Shown here piece by piece: positions 63,609-64,000 of a DNA stretch of 64,000 nucleotides. A model generated the notes under the pieces. That model was not told the origin of the DNA. It ran no database searches and saw only the letters and a list, made by a program, of their open reading frames with translations. The stretch is taken from contig CM052816.1 of assembly GCA_028534125.1 (NCBI GenBank), positions 46,564,001-46,628,000 on the forward strand, in the 5' to 3' direction. The position numbers were made by a program, and so were the translations under genes. Positions within the stretch are counted from its first letter, which is position 1. Each line of letters opens with the position of its first letter. The DNA is from Lama glama (Eukaryota).

Positions 63609-64000
63609 AAGTGGGATTTCTGATCTCCCACCACAAGTCCTTCAGTCCAAGTAGTACTGCCCTGAACTACGTACATGTACCATCTTTTTGAACAAAATGG
63701 TTCATAGCTTTGAGAAAAATTTGAAAAGTACTGTTATACTTTGGGACTCAGAAAGATAAATTTATTGCAAGTAATAAAGTAACAGATTTGCGAGCAGAGC
63801 CCCTTTCTCCTAACTGCTCAGTCAGGTTTTGCTTATCTACCTCACAGCACCGCAAATTAATTCAGCCAAAAAATATGGAAGAGATTGTCACAATACAATA
63901 CAGTTGGGCAATAAGTCTAATTTGCCTCATAGACATCCTATTCTTTGGTCCACTTAGACTTTTAACTGTTGTATTTTGAAATTCTGGGTCAGATATCCAA

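Noticed and set aside
485..63979. All ORFs in the supplied six-frame track as protein-coding genes
   Set aside because: Short (60-160 aa), no recognisable domain, mutually overlapping, many inside repeats or low-complexity DNA; expected by chance in mammalian non-coding sequence
1..64000. CRISPR array, operon, prophage, rRNA/snRNA or CpG-island promoter
   Set aside because: No regularly spaced repeats, no gene-dense organisation, no recognised structural RNA, and CpG is depleted throughout

Overview
This is AT-rich, CpG-depleted mammalian genomic DNA (intronic or intergenic), not prokaryotic. Four copies of a short tRNA-derived SINE with intact target-site duplications (TSDs) resemble the camelid vic-1 family, so the source is probably a camelid. 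I can support no protein-coding gene, RNA gene, CpG island or CRISPR array: the 60-160 aa ORFs are unrecognisable and many overlap repeats. The window is a patchwork of old interspersed repeats (MIR, L2, L3/CR1, L1M, MLT1, LTR33, MER5, MER33, other hAT/Tigger relics) plus younger insertions (SINEs, two extremely truncated L1 tails, a MER41-like ERV1 solo LTR nested in an MLT1). Between them lie repeat-poor blocks dense in homeodomain/SOX/POU motifs that look like developmental enhancers. The best leads are a minus-strand AG|GTAAGT recursive-splice-like site with a candidate exon nearby, the MER41-like LTR, an inverted SINE pair, an orphan hairpin at 19.2 kb and the enhancer-like blocks. I found no convincing novel biological system. 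All repeat names come from remembered consensus sequences, not a search, and boundaries of old repeats are approximate.
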